A DNA stretch of 64,000 bases, taken from contig JAUGWO010000108.1 in assembly GCA_049724395.1 (NCBI GenBank), positions 1 to 64,000 of the forward strand. The letters are read 5' to 3'. Both the position numbers and the translations under genes were made by a program. Under the pieces are notes generated by a model, which was not told the origin of the DNA, made no database searches, and saw only the letters and a list, made by a program, of their open reading frames with translations. Numbering within the stretch: position 1 is the stretch's first letter; the number at the start of each line of letters is the position of its first letter. Source of the DNA: Spongospora subterranea f. sp. subterranea (lineage: Eukaryota). Below, one piece after another: positions 52,198-64,000 of this stretch.

Positions 52198-53212
52198 CGA
52201 GAAACACATCGCAAACCTTTGTCGGTTGAACGTCGAAATTCGTCAGCCATCCGACCAACGTTCAAAGCAAAATCCGGAAAACCCCAGGTATACACAGTGG
52301 CAATATTTCTTCTTGTATAAACATTCGCGTTCAATTGCCAGAGCATCTGTAAAGATTATCGAGCTTCAAATTCTGGTTTCCATCAGCGGGGTTTGAACAA
52401 CAGCAATGAGTGTCTCGTAGAGATCGCTTTCACTGCTGCGAGCACCTTTTTCCTTTCGCCTCTTACCAAAATTCTGTTTAGTTTCCGAATCTGGTGCATC
52501 GTTGAAGTTGCATCATTTTCAGTTGCTGTTCTTTTTATTGCCCCAGCTGTTATGGTCAAGGGTTTGTTCCGTTCCTAACTGGATTTGATCGAAAACCGAT
52601 GAAGGATGAACCAAAAGCATGTTTGAAGGTTTTATTCCGTTGATTACGAATAAGTTCAACCAAAACAATTTGAATGACGGTAATCATCGGAGATCTTCAA
52701 ACCTGACACCGAATGTTCGCCAATTCAATTACTGGACATCCAAAACCCATTATTTGGCTCATTTCTATTGCAAGACCATCTCGGGACAAACATAGTAAAG
52801 ACTGATCGCTTTAGGAAGGGAACTCTTTGAAACGATTGAATAGCAGCACTGATGCATACGACCTGGGCAAGTTAGGCTAAACGTGCATCAGATAGCCCAG
52901 GGTTAATTCAATATAGCGCCGGCCGGAGCCATCGTAAGAATATCGGATTTCCCCCTGCAGTTCCAGAATTATCGATGGCCAGAACTATCTATCGCTGTGT
53001 TCCTACTACATCAGACAAGTCAAGACATTATGTCGGCCCCTCAAACGGTGCAATTTATTTAGCATTGCTCTTACATGAACTGGAATCAGCGAAAGACCAT
53101 GAGAGAAGAAAAAATTTTGTGAACTGAATTCATAAAGTTGCTGCTGTTCGTTGCCGATAAAGAACTCTAAAAGTTCTGAGCTGCAAAAGACGACATATCG
53201 AGAAACAAAAAT

Positions 53213-53284
53213 CTCCGAAACGGGGAATTGAACCCCGGTCTCACCCGTGACAGGGGCGAATACTGGCCACTATACTATTTCGGA
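53213..53284 (-). tRNA. tRNA-Asp (GTC)
   Basis: Acceptor stem TCCGAAA/TTTCGGA, D-arm TAGTATAGTGG, anticodon loop CT-GTC-AC, T-loop GGTTCAATTCC, discriminator G, downstream T-tract. Confidence 0.97.
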
Positions 53285-53330
53285 ATCGGCTTTACTGTCC
53301 GGAAGTGTCTTTTGTTCACGCGTGGATAGT

Positions 53331-54280
53331 CCACGCGTGGACAGTCCACTCAAAAATAAGTGCCCCAGTGGACTAACTTAGTTATATACACAGACCCAAC
53401 AAAGGTAATAGGTTCTTCAGCGAAGTCAATACTGTATCAGATTCTGGCCCACTCAGCTACAAAAATACTTTCATCGCTTTGAAAAACAATTCATACGAGA
53501 GCATAATGCACCAACCAAACGAAAGAGCTACACGAAGATCAATGACCTTTTCAAAACAATCGAACTGATCGCAATGACCATTTTATAGGTTGTTGAATTT
53601 GAATCTACTGGCGGTTTCAGAAGCAACAAGAGTGTGCGTTGATAACAGATGGATTATAAAAAAAAAAATTATTCGACCGTCGGTATCTGAGCGTTTAAAG
53701 ACGGACACTTGGAACTCCTAGCTCTGTGATTATCGGTCGGCATCAAACCGGCCTTGATGCACGCTGAACACAACCTCTTGCGAGACGACAACAATGACCT
53801 GTTTACATCGTCGCCACCCCCTCTTTTTCTTGGTGGCAGAACTGGGACTTGCAAAGGCTTGTCTGTGTTGTCCGCTTCAGGTTCTGGCAGGATAAATTCA
53901 CTGCTCCCTTCCCCATGAAGACTTTGCTTGAACGCCAGCAGATTCAGCGTCAACAACTTGTAGTAGTGATCATTCCTAATTGCGATTGGCTCGATGGTTT
54001 TGAAGAGATTCTCGAGCTTCGTGTACCGAAGATCCCGCTTCGTTGGTACCATTATGCTCTGGTATGCTGTCATATTGAGGTGATGCTGTGCACTACACGG
54101 AATACCAGTTTGATGGAGATCAGGGGATTCGAGAGTGGCAACCGATCTTAGATTTAATTTTGCCAGAGCTTTGTCAAACAGAGGGTGAGAGCTAATTCTC
54201 CAGCGAGGATGCAAATTGGACACATGAAAGAGCTGCCTTCCTGGCAAACGGCAAAGCGCAGCACATATTCCAGCGCAGGG
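53331..54280 (-). mobile_element. 3' part of the same MULE as 3924-7030
   Basis: Near-identical to ~6095-7030 (PCAGICAALCRLPG...NAQIPTVE and terminal gtggactgtc). Confidence 0.93.
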
Positions 54281-54979
54281 TCCAACAGACACTTCCGATT
54301 TGATAGATTAAGAGCCCCAAATCTAGGTCATCTTTAGAAAGAGTGCGCCAACTGTCGAGACGCGAAAGAGAAGCGCCCATCGATGAGCATGGAGGGAGCA
54401 AATCACCATTGTCATCATGACTCCACATGTCTTGGACGAAGTCGCGTTTTTGTTCAATGTCGCTCTTCTATCGAATCACAGCCCAGGACTCAATTTGACT
54501 CAATGAATGGTCAAAACTGGCTGGATTTTAGTGGGCGTGGACACTATCTCAAAGCGTAAGTTGAAGTGATAGCAACCACGAAACCATAATAGCAACAGCA
54601 ACTGCGGGTTTAACAGACTGGGGCGCCCTGCTGTAAGTTGTGTATTCGCAAATCAAACGTGAGGACTCGATGGGATTCAGGGCGAGTCCCTACAGCGTGA
54701 CTTCAATACCCGACAGATTGTTGCTGACCCTCGCCCTTTATCCCATTGAGCCCTGACGATATGATCCAACCAGTGATATGGTTGCCGACAAATACCCTGA
54801 ATGATATAAGCTTTTTCAAAGCAGCGATGGTCGATGATGCATCTGAAGGGTCATGGATCATGATGCATGATACCAGATACATCCACAGCGACGAAGCGTT
54901 CTAGGTTCCAGAATCACGATGTCGGTTAGTGAACACCATTTATCTCCACAGGATGATTCAACATCAACGAATTTTGTTC

Positions 54980-55327
54980 CTATTTTGTCGATAAAAAAAG
55001 CAAGTACAAGATCTCAAATGGCTGGAGCAAGATCTCATACTTGCTTTGGGTATCGACAAAAAAGGAACAATATTCTTCTTTTGCAGCTAGAAGGGACTCC
55101 ACCGTTGGTTTGGTCCATTTAACGTCCGGGTTTTCTGCAGACTTGACAGGAGTGCCTCTTTGCTTTGTGGGAGCTAGTGGCGTCGGTGGGGACTCCAAAG
55201 CAGGTTCTGCTTGCGACATCGAACGCCTTTGTAGGAATCGCAATGGAAATAATCCAACGAGTTGGAAAGCCTTATAGCGGCGGTCAATCTCGTGATCGGG
55301 TAAACTGCGTGATTCTACGGCTTTCAT
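54980..55327 (-). other. ORF with a Myb/SANT-like start (possible transposon accessory protein fragment)
   Basis: KWTKPTVESLL pattern only. Confidence 0.25.
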
Positions 55328-55477
55328 AATGCTCTGTCGCGCAGTTTCATAAGTACAGTACAGTAGTTGGGACAGATTTACTTTCTCCGTGTTATTTTGC
55401 GCAGTTATTTTCTACTTGAAACTGGCTCTGAAAAAACCTACGGGAAATCACTTTGCTGAAATCTGACTCCCTTTGTC

Positions 55478-55853
55478 TGTTGATAAAACCCCATGTTGAG
55501 TCATTGTTGATAAAACCCCCGGTGTTGAATCATTGTTGATAAAATTCCATGTTGAGTCATTGTTGATAAAACCCCCGGTTGAATCATTGTTGATAAAATT
55601 CCATGTTGAGTCATTGTTGATAAAACCCCATGTTGAGTCATTGTTGATAAAACCCCATGTTGAGTCATTGTTGATAAAACCCCATGTTGAGTCATTGTTG
55701 ATAAAACCCCCGGTTGAGTCATTGTTGATAAAACCCCCGGTTGAGTCATTGTTGATAAAACCCCCGGTTGAGTCATTGTTGATAAAACCCCCGGTTGAGT
55801 CATTGTTGATAAAACCCCCGGTTGAGTCTCTGTTGATAAAACCCCCGGTTGAT
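55478..55853. repeat. Minisatellite, 27-bp unit x~14 (ttgttgataaaacccc(at/cg)gttgagtca)
   Basis: Direct tandem copies, with variant types arranged in blocks. Confidence 0.97.
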
Positions 55854-55949
55854 TCACAAACTTTGTTATTTTCGATTTACAAAGGGGTTTTGAACGTAAT
55901 TAGTATTATTTTTGATTGGAGGGAGTAAATGATTTTTGATTGATTATGG

Positions 55950-56535
55950 GCCCAGAACGCTCCCGACATGGTGTGTTCTGAGAAACTACTGTGAAAGATC
56001 CCGCCAATTAACGGGAGTGGTGATTTCATCAATTTTGAAAGGAAAGGTAATCGTGGCATTCGATGCTAACGAGTTTTCTTGACATCCTCTCGGCAGGAGT
56101 CCTCGTCAAATGTGTACAGTACACGTCATTGTTCATCACGCCTTCAATAATTTCACCGGTTTTGTCAATCCATTGACATTTTTCTCCTCGTCAAACGTCA
56201 CCTTTCTACCACCTTTAACCGCTGCTGGAACTGATAAGAGATTGGTGTCTCCGATACTGGAGACATGGAGGACATGCAGCATCTCTCGTGCGCCTAATTT
56301 CACTATCCCTTTTCTTTTGCTTGGATAATGTTATTCTCGCTATCTGGATGTTTGTACTATCTCGTGAATAATCAGCGATTCCTTCTCTCACACCCGTCAT
56401 GTGTTTTAGTGCATCCAGAATCCGCCGCCCACCGCCGTCCTGTTAGCGGGCACAAAGCCCTCTTATATCGTGAAGTGGGTGGTTTATTTTGTTTGAACCA
56501 TTCAGGTCGCAACTCAGGATGGTTCATCCAGCACT
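55950..56535 (-). mobile_element. Ty1/copia gag-protease-integrase fragment
   Basis: KCWMNHPELRPEW (knuckle end); WAADSGCTK.HMTG; VLHV..IGDTNLLSV; RLPF...PL. Confidence 0.75.
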
Positions 56536-56675
56536 TGGTATATGATATGGTGTACAAATGTTCGCGGTTTCTTATTGGTCGGGTAATCCTGTGTACTCCC
56601 AGGTGTTTCCCTACTTCCGCCTGGAAGCCGCTACAAGTAGATTGGGTATTTACTGAAGGAACCTATTAGACCTGC
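56536..56675 (-). mobile_element. 3' end of the (CCATA)n-tailed non-LTR element, same family as 12408-12682
   Basis: Shared ctacttgtagcggc..ggcggaagtagggaaa..tacacaggattacccgacc..tttgtacaccata. Confidence 0.75.
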
Positions 56676-56676
56676 T

Positions 56677-57915
56677 CATCCGACGATTGCTCGAATCCGG
56701 GCACAAGGTTGCGATAAGGACCTTCATCTCCCCAGACACTTCGAGATAGCTGTGCAAACCCTGCTGTAATCAGTGTGCCAAGTCACTGAAGCCGTTTCTG
56801 GCGGAAGGCAAGGATGGACCGTGAATGAAGGAGGCCAGAACTTGATGCGGTGACTTGACCGTTCAACAGATGGAGGATTTGAGCAATCAATTGAGCGAAC
56901 GGTGTTGAGCTTATAAGATCCCAGACAATGAAGTCGTCGCCAGGTGGATAGAGGACAAAGACATCACAGTTGATGTGTCGTGCCCGACCCTATTGTCCTC
57001 TCTTCAAACCGTTTGTTCCTTGTATTCATTCTCTCTTCTCTTTGGTATCCAATACACGGATCCACTTCCACCGAACAAAGATGTGGTATATTGGGGAAAG
57101 GTGGAGCATCGGTGGAAGTGGATACTTGTTCAAAAGAGAGAAAGAATGAATAAAAGGATGAACCGGTAAAAGAGAGGGACAATAGGGTCGGTCACGACAC
57201 ATTAACTGTAATATCTCTGTCCTCCTCTATCCACCTGGTGCCGGCTTCATTGTCTGGGATCTTTCGCCGTTCGCTCAGCCCAAATCCTCCATCTGCTGAA
57301 CGTTCAAGTGAGACTATGACCCGTCAACCGCATCAGGAAGTGCAACAACTCTCTGGCCTCCTTCATTCACGGTTGCTGTTTTTTCAACGATGTCACAATC
57401 TTGCCCTCCGCCAGAAACGGCTTGAGGGACTTGGCTCATTGGTTACAGCAAGGTTTGCTGACAGCTATTTGGAATTGATCTGGGGAGATGAAGGTCCTTA
57501 TGGCAAACCGATGAGTTTGTGCTTGGATGGCGAGCGATCGTCGGACGGGAACTACAGACCTACCCGTGAATAAAGGAGGCCAGAAAGTTGCACTTCCAGA
57601 TGCGGTTGACGGGTCCTATTCTCACTTGACCGTTCAACAGATGAAGGATTTGGGCACTCAATTGAGCGAACGACGTAAAGCTTAAAAATATCCCAGACAA
57701 TGAAGTCGGCACCAGGTGGATAGAGGACAACAGGGCGTCATTGCTCTTAGAAATGTGTCTTTGAACATGTTGTTAGTGCACATATGTTGAATCAGGCTGT
57801 TGAGGATCCCGTCAATTCCTCCTGCAGATTTACTAGTTGGCTGTTGTATTCCCACGAACAATCTAAAGAATACTGTAATAGGTTTGTGCCCGGATGGCGA
57901 GCGATTGTCGGATGG
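56677..57915. repeat. Fold-back element (arms ~56677-57075 / ~57107-57550) with further partial copies at 57563-57732 and 57880-57915
   Basis: Diverged reverse-complement arms, e.g. ccaggtggatagagg / cctctatccacctgg and tccacttccaccga / tcggtggaagtgga. Confidence 0.85.
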
Positions 57916-58599
57916 CCCTAGCGTAGATACCAATACTACAAATCAAACACAAATGTGTTGAACTCACACTAAAAAAACACAATCGCCCTCTTTTCAAGGT
58001 TTGTGATTGTGTTTATGCATAATCAGTCGAATATCCACTGCTGTGTTCCATAATACACCATCTACAATGATCCCTTTGTGCTCTGTCACCTCTCATGTCG
58101 CAGTTCGGTGCACAGCACGAGCCAGGAGGTGATTAGCTTTATCTCTTTCTGCGTTTGTCTTTGAGTCACATTATGAGGGAGTTCGAGATTCAGTTGTTCA
58201 TAATGAAACCAAACGGTTAGAACTTTGTAGACAATGGCGATAGACAACATGGTCATCACAATCGTCAGGAATAAAATCAGATTCTACCGGTCCATTACAA
58301 AACAATCCAATGTCACGTGGGGACTGAGAAATAATGGTTTAAGACAAGAATCAACGGACGCGAGGTCAAAAATTGAACCTAAGAACAGCTACTTGTATGT
58401 CGATCCAGACCTTGTTTCGAATACAGTTAATATCTTTGATAAGGCCCCAGGACTTGAATCGGGGTTTGGGGGCAATCAAGGGCAGGGAATGTTCGTGACA
58501 ATGGAGATTTGGGGTCTTGTGGCCTTATCATTCAAGAACAATGTCACGCCAAAATGCCTTATAATCTGGAATTATGTAAGAACTTTTACTAGCGATTTG

Positions 58600-59415
58600 T
58601 TATAATATGAATACGACCCAACACCAATCGGTTCTCCAAAACTATCAGTCCCTAACGATGCCTGTTATGATATCACGTACCCATGGCTCCTTGTTGAGTT
58701 TCAGGATAATAACACTCTTTTCTTCAGCTGGGATTGCTGTGAGAGGAACGAGCTATCGCCAACCAACTCGACATCCGAATCGCCTCCTTCAGAAAAAACT
58801 TGACTTATCATCCGTAAAACTGCTCTCAGAACCAGATACATCGTCCTCTGATGAAAGATTGATGACAAAATTCGGGTTGCGGTTCAAACCGGTATTCAGG
58901 TAGACCCTGTATGTTGATTCGATCAGGCCGGCCATCGATTTGTAGAAGCCAGCCTGTTTTCTCGAAGTATCAATGAATGCGACCAAGCTTGGTTAATTCG
59001 TCAAAGGCGTTCCCAACCCACTTCGAAATTAGGATACGACGCTCTCTAGCGCTGATTTTCCCATCAGTCCATTTGGATAGAAAAGTGGGGTTTTCTAGTT
59101 CTTTGTCGAGTAGACGAGCGACATGATACTTCATCATCCGTCCAGCTCCAGCATCGACTACAGTTTTCAGGTCATATTACTGCTTACAAATGAGTGATTT
59201 ACATACTTGGTTGAATCATATCTGTAACCGTTTAAAGGAGAGTACATGTATTTTCCCAACTTCTCCATTGAACTGCAGAAATCAGAGTTTTGATGTGCAT
59301 CTAGGTTATCACACAGATATAGGGGGCTCTCCGCACGATCTGGTTGAAAAACAGGGTCTTGTCGATATAATTTCGCGATGTTAATTGCTGTAAGCCCGTC
59401 CACCCACACGTTTGC
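58600..59415 (-). mobile_element. pogo/Tigger-like DDE_1 transposase remnant
   Basis: WVD; LYLCDNLDAH; VVDAGAG..MK; SARERRILISKWVGNAF. Confidence 0.7.
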
Positions 59416-59506
59416 CTGAAACAGGACACTTACGCGAGAATCCTAAAAAAACAATAAATCACATGGGTCTCCCGTTTAATCTGAAAATGCGATAAATCAC
59501 CCATTA

Positions 59507-59958
59507 TTTCACACAATTATAGCAAAGCGGAAGCTGAAAATTCACCAGCAGTACCTTCAGGTGCACACAGTATATTTTCGTCAGGAAAAATGAGTAAACG
59601 TGCCTTCTCTCAAAGGATTCAGTAAACCTAAGCCTCTTCTGTAGCAGTCAAATTTGCACGCCTTCTTCGGCCCATCAATTTTGACAGCAAAAACTGATGT
59701 TTATCTCGAGCGAAACCAGGGCAATATTCAGAAACAAACTGGTGGCCCCACTGGCTTTCGCTGTCAAAATTGACGGGCCAAAGAAAGCGTGCAAATTTTA
59801 CTGCTGCAGAAGAGGCTTACGAGGTTTACTGAAACGAACGAAGTTGCCCGCTCCCACCCGCACGACAATGCTGACGGTCAAGTTCCCGACCGTCATGAAT
59901 GACCGGTTTTGAAGTGAACCTTTCCGCTTTGCTTTGCTTTGCTGTAATTGTGTGAAAT
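59507..59958. repeat. Fold-back / MITE-like inverted repeat centred near 59725
   Basis: atttcacacaatta / taattgtgtgaaat and tcaattttgacagc / gctgtcaaaattga arms. Confidence 0.8.
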
Positions 59959-61049
59959 CACATCAAGTCAAATGAGTACTCGGACTGCCAATGACCAAGA
60001 ATTATTTAATTTGACGAGAAAGTAACAAGGACCCCATTTTCTGCCGTTAAATTTGCAACATTGCTAGGTAGCATTGTTGCAGAAAGCTTCTCAATCGAAA
60101 TGTCTTGAGAGTTTGGAACTCTTCAGCAGTGATGAGTCCGTTGGCATGTAAATCTGCCAAATCCCGAATTGCACCAATATTCAACTGCTATTGGAATTTC
60201 GAGGGAAAACTGGACTTCGGAAATAGAATTCTGGATTGATGACGACTGACGTTGGACGATTCACGTACTGTATGTACAAGAGTTCCCAGCACAAACTGAG
60301 TCAGTATTTGTGATAAGACCCCTCGTTTTGGGTCAATTTGTGATAAGACCCTGTTTTTCTCGCCAAAATCGGCCTTTGAAGGCTTCCCTTTTTTCGGGGT
60401 TCGGCCCTTATCATGAAAATGCTTATAAAAAAATTACTGTATGCGATTTGTTTCGCAATGGTGGCATTCGGCTTGATCACACTTAAGATCGCCAGTTTTG
60501 AGGAACTTTTTAGAATGGTCATAAATTGCAGCCGGAGGCCTTCCTCGTTTGTTTGAGCTACTCATGGAACGAACTTTTTGTGCACAAATTTCGAACGAAA
60601 CGAGAGGCCGAAGAAACAGATTCGCGTCCTGAATCTACGATTAAGAAGAGACCCTCGTCAAGTCGAAAACAGACGTCCTTACCCTTTTAAACCACCGAGG
60701 AAAACGACGGCAACCGGCGCGGTGGCTCATTGTCAGGGTAACTCATGGCACCTATAACCTAAAAAAAATCATGAACCGTTCCGGTCCGAATTGGGCAATT
60801 CCCCAACATCAATATCTTTTTCTATCGTACTTGACACTATGAGACGACATAGAGCCGCCGTTGCCCGGATTTCCATATCTTATTGACCGTTTCCCTGACT
60901 GCTGCTGCCTCGTCGGATTGGTAGAATCACAAGGGAAGACTCCCGGCATCCCTCCACTATAGTCACCAGCAACAGCTGACTCCCACCATATCCAGATGAA
61001 TATTGTATTACAAATTATTCCCGCTCGCTTGATCCTTCGGAAACAGCGT

Positions 61050-61560
61050 CCTGATGTTTGATAACTACCATTTGGCGTTCCAAACAATCCTATTTTTGCG
61101 CCAATATTTTTCAAAAAGGTCGAGTATGTTTCATCACAGTGTTCGCTCGACAAAATTGAAAAAATATTTGCCTGCAGTATTTCGTGGCAACGATGCTTCG
61201 TGAACTTTCTTAGACGTGACTGTGTTGAACTCCGCTAAGAAGTTCCATTCGTCGGATGTTAATAAGCTTGGCAAGGGACATGATGCCATTCGGCTGCCTT
61301 TTTTAATTATGCGTTGAAATCTTTCAATATCAACTTCCCTGACTGTGTTTTCGCGTATTGGTAGTTCCATGATTGGCCCAGAGACCCATCCTTGGCAGCT
61401 AAAACATCGCCCATGGTGCAATGTTTGCGAGTTCTTTTATTGAACGAGTGGTCCTCAATCTCTATGGACTTCATAGAGAATTTTCGGAGCGCCCAAATTT
61501 CGAGTTTTGAATTAAATAAGATAGCTATCCGTCACAGCTGTTGTGACTGGTTGCCCAGTC
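61050..61560 (-). pseudogene. Frameshifted paralog of the 7157-8067 gene
   Basis: TMGDVLAAKDG..WNY; IKKGSRMASCPLPSLL..EWNFL; STFLKNI. Confidence 0.65.
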
Positions 61561-61912
61561 AGAGGCCTATCTCAAGTATTTTCAGATTGGGAATAGAACT
61601 CATATCACGTACCTGTGGCATTTTGGAAGCATCTCCGTCTTCGGTGACAGATGCATGCCGCCTTGCTGGCTCTGGGTTCTTTAATTACCCTCCCCCAGCG
61701 ACTCCATTCGCAGGTCGTCAGAAATTCCCTTGTTGCGACGATATTTTGCTTCTACGTGAAGCGAATTCTATGAAACCATGGAATCATCCCATGGCAACAC
61801 TATGGCGGTATGGTGCAAGATTGCCACCAACCTGTCTGAGAACCCCAATTTTATAAAGAACAAGAAAGGCCCTGAGCTGTGGCTGAGAGTAACTGAATGT
61901 GCAATGTTACAC

Positions 61913-62132
61913 AGACATCAACTGAGGTGATCCCGAGGAAATGGGTGAGATTTGCTTACCAGATGCAGCACCGAATCTCATGGAATCCTCTCAAGTACAT
62001 TTGACAAATTGTTCCAAAAAAGAGACATCAACTGAGGTGATCCCGAGGAAATGGGTGAGATTTGCTTACCAGATGCAGCACCGAATCTCTTGGAATCCTC
62101 TCAAGTACATTTGACAATTTGTTCCAAAAAAG
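61913..62132. repeat. 110-bp tandem duplication
   Basis: agacatcaactgagg... repeats at 61913 and 62023. Confidence 0.95.
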
Positions 62133-62279
62133 TGCCGACGAATGGTAATCCTTGCGCTCTCCCGATATGAAAGAGTCTGTAGTAAAGTCTAGTTTGTGGA
62201 TATTTCGCGTCCGGAACAGATTTCCAAAGTGGCAAGATCGCATTTGCCGCAGATTGCGTGGCCATGGTGAGATTGAGGG

Positions 62280-63700
62280 CGATTGGAACAGAATGTGGTC
62301 TAGGAAAGAAAAATCAACATCCTCTATGAGAGTGAGCATCGGACGGCCCTCGAATAAAACAGGGCAGATAGAGAGTTGTAGAGTAATTCCTGAAGAAATG
62401 GACGAAGTAGAATGCCCCCACACCTCTGGCATGCGATGCCAGGCAAACGCAGCTCGCCATCACTTAGTCGAATAAGAAGCTATCGTTGCAAGGTTGCACA
62501 GCGTTAGAGAACACCAAACGGGCTCTGTACATGACCACTGATTATAGGGCTTGGATGAGGCTACCACAGTAAGAGTTTCGCACAGCGCCATCGCTGGACG
62601 GTTGGGACCTCCCATTAAAGTCAAATACAAAAAGCGACTTCGTCCATCGAGGGAAATACAGACACGGGATTCCAGGGTGCGTTAACAACACAACCTCCAG
62701 AATCCAACGCGATGACCTTGTCCCCAGAAAGATTGGCAAAGTGACATTGCAAAAGCTGGACAGATGAGGTCACAAATTCGGAAGATTCGGGATACGAAGC
62801 ATTAACAAAAAGACTGATTTGTCCGAGTCTCCGGTAATCGTTGTCGAAAAATCTCTTGGTTGATGTGTTAGATTGTAAACAAATTCCAGAAAATTATCCA
62901 TAAATGCTGCATCTACAGCATTTGCAGAATGGGAAGCAAAGTAGATGGCTGCAAAAAGGCTGATTTGTGGCCTCGAATGAAGGAGCAATTCCTAAGGCCA
63001 TTTGGCGTGAGGGAAGATTTAAGTGCTCCAATACAACTGCAGGAAGTAAACCGTGTACAAAACACCAGTCTCAAGGCAATGCCGAAACACTTAGTGGCGC
63101 CTGATCCATCAGGTTTGCTGCCCGCGCATCAGTGCCCATAATGACAACTGGCCTTTGCACAGCCCGGAAAACATTCCTGTAAAAACGGGCCGTTTTTACG
63201 AAGCCCACGTTGACGTTAACAAACTCGTCGATTACAATTGCACGTGGGGACGTTGCATCGAAACTTCGAAACACATCGGAACGCAAGCCTCGCCTAACTG
63301 TGAAGACTTCGTTCCCTGGAATGTGTCCTTTCTGCAGCATCAACATGATGCACCCATACGTGTCCAGCTGCGCTGCTGCCAGTGCTACCGTTGAAACATC
63401 ATCAATATTCTTCAAGTCTTGCGCGGCGCAATGTTGGAAGAACTTCAAAGAGTAGTTTACCTTGGGTGAGATCGCCACCGAACTCACCATGGCCACGCTA
63501 TTTGCGACAAATGCGATCTTGCCACTTTGGAAATCTGCTCCGGACGCGAAATATCGACAAACTGGACTTGACTACAGACTCTGTCACATCGGAAGAGTGC
63601 AAGGATTACCATTCGTCGGAAATTTCTTTGAAACAGATTGTCAAAGTACTTGAGAGGGATCAGTTCTGAGCAGATGCGGTTACTCCAGGTAGCACCTTGT
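62280..63700 (-). pseudogene. Crinkler (CRN)-like P-loop NTPase domain gene, decayed; 5' part duplicated in inverted orientation at ~62075-62272
   Basis: Degenerate Walker A (ASGADFQSGK); Walker B IVIDEF; RNVFRA..VVIMGTDARAANL; HFANL. Confidence 0.6.
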
Positions 63701-64000
63701 TAGAAGAATGCGAACACATTGAGGACCCCGGTTATGCGCCTTTTGACAACAAGCGCTGACTAAAGTGCGTTCAGTCACGATTGATAAATCAACTAGGACG
63801 GAGGGAGAACCACGATCAGAACGTTTATCGATTGATGCGCACTCTATGATGTTTTGATAACGATTTTTTTTACCTCATTGCAATTAACCATGTTGGTTGC
63901 TCTTCTGATGAACTCATCCATAGGTGGGCTTTCTGATTTTACCGTCTCTGAAATCCTGTCGTTTTCAAGCGAAGCTCCGTAGCCAGTAATAATTAATATC

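Noticed and set aside
55478..55853. CRISPR array or repeat-protein CDS (ORFs 55501-55857 and 55533-55928)
   Set aside because: Units are contiguous with no unique spacers, there are no cas genes, and the context is eukaryotic; the ORFs follow from a 27-bp stop-free unit.

Overview
Eukaryotic genomic DNA: short GT-AG introns, a Pol III tRNA gene, and TE families plus Crinkler-like fragments of the kind known from oomycetes and other microbial eukaryotes; the exact organism cannot be determined here. About two thirds of the window is decayed, nested transposons (Ty3/gypsy, Ty1/copia, MULE, hAT, DD39D mariner, Tc1-like, pogo, LINE), with an unusually high number of fold-back (inverted) duplications. 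The main host component is a cluster of four paralogous 13-exon genes: A 20457-25119 (-), B 33326-38553 (-), C 39455-44300 (+) and D 47706-52197 (+). Each encodes a ~870-aa protein with 4 predicted TM helices, built as a tandem duplication of a TM-ectodomain-TM unit. The ectodomain motifs resemble, from my recollection, the periplasmic Cache-type sensor domains of bacterial (cyanobacterial-type) chemoreceptors, but there is no cytoplasmic signalling domain. The paralogs show exon-level gene conversion. Also present: a spliced Zn-dependent (CAD-like) alcohol dehydrogenase gene, tRNA-Asp(GTC), SET-domain and CRN-like pseudogene fragments, and minisatellites. All family assignments come from motif recognition by eye; no database searches were run.
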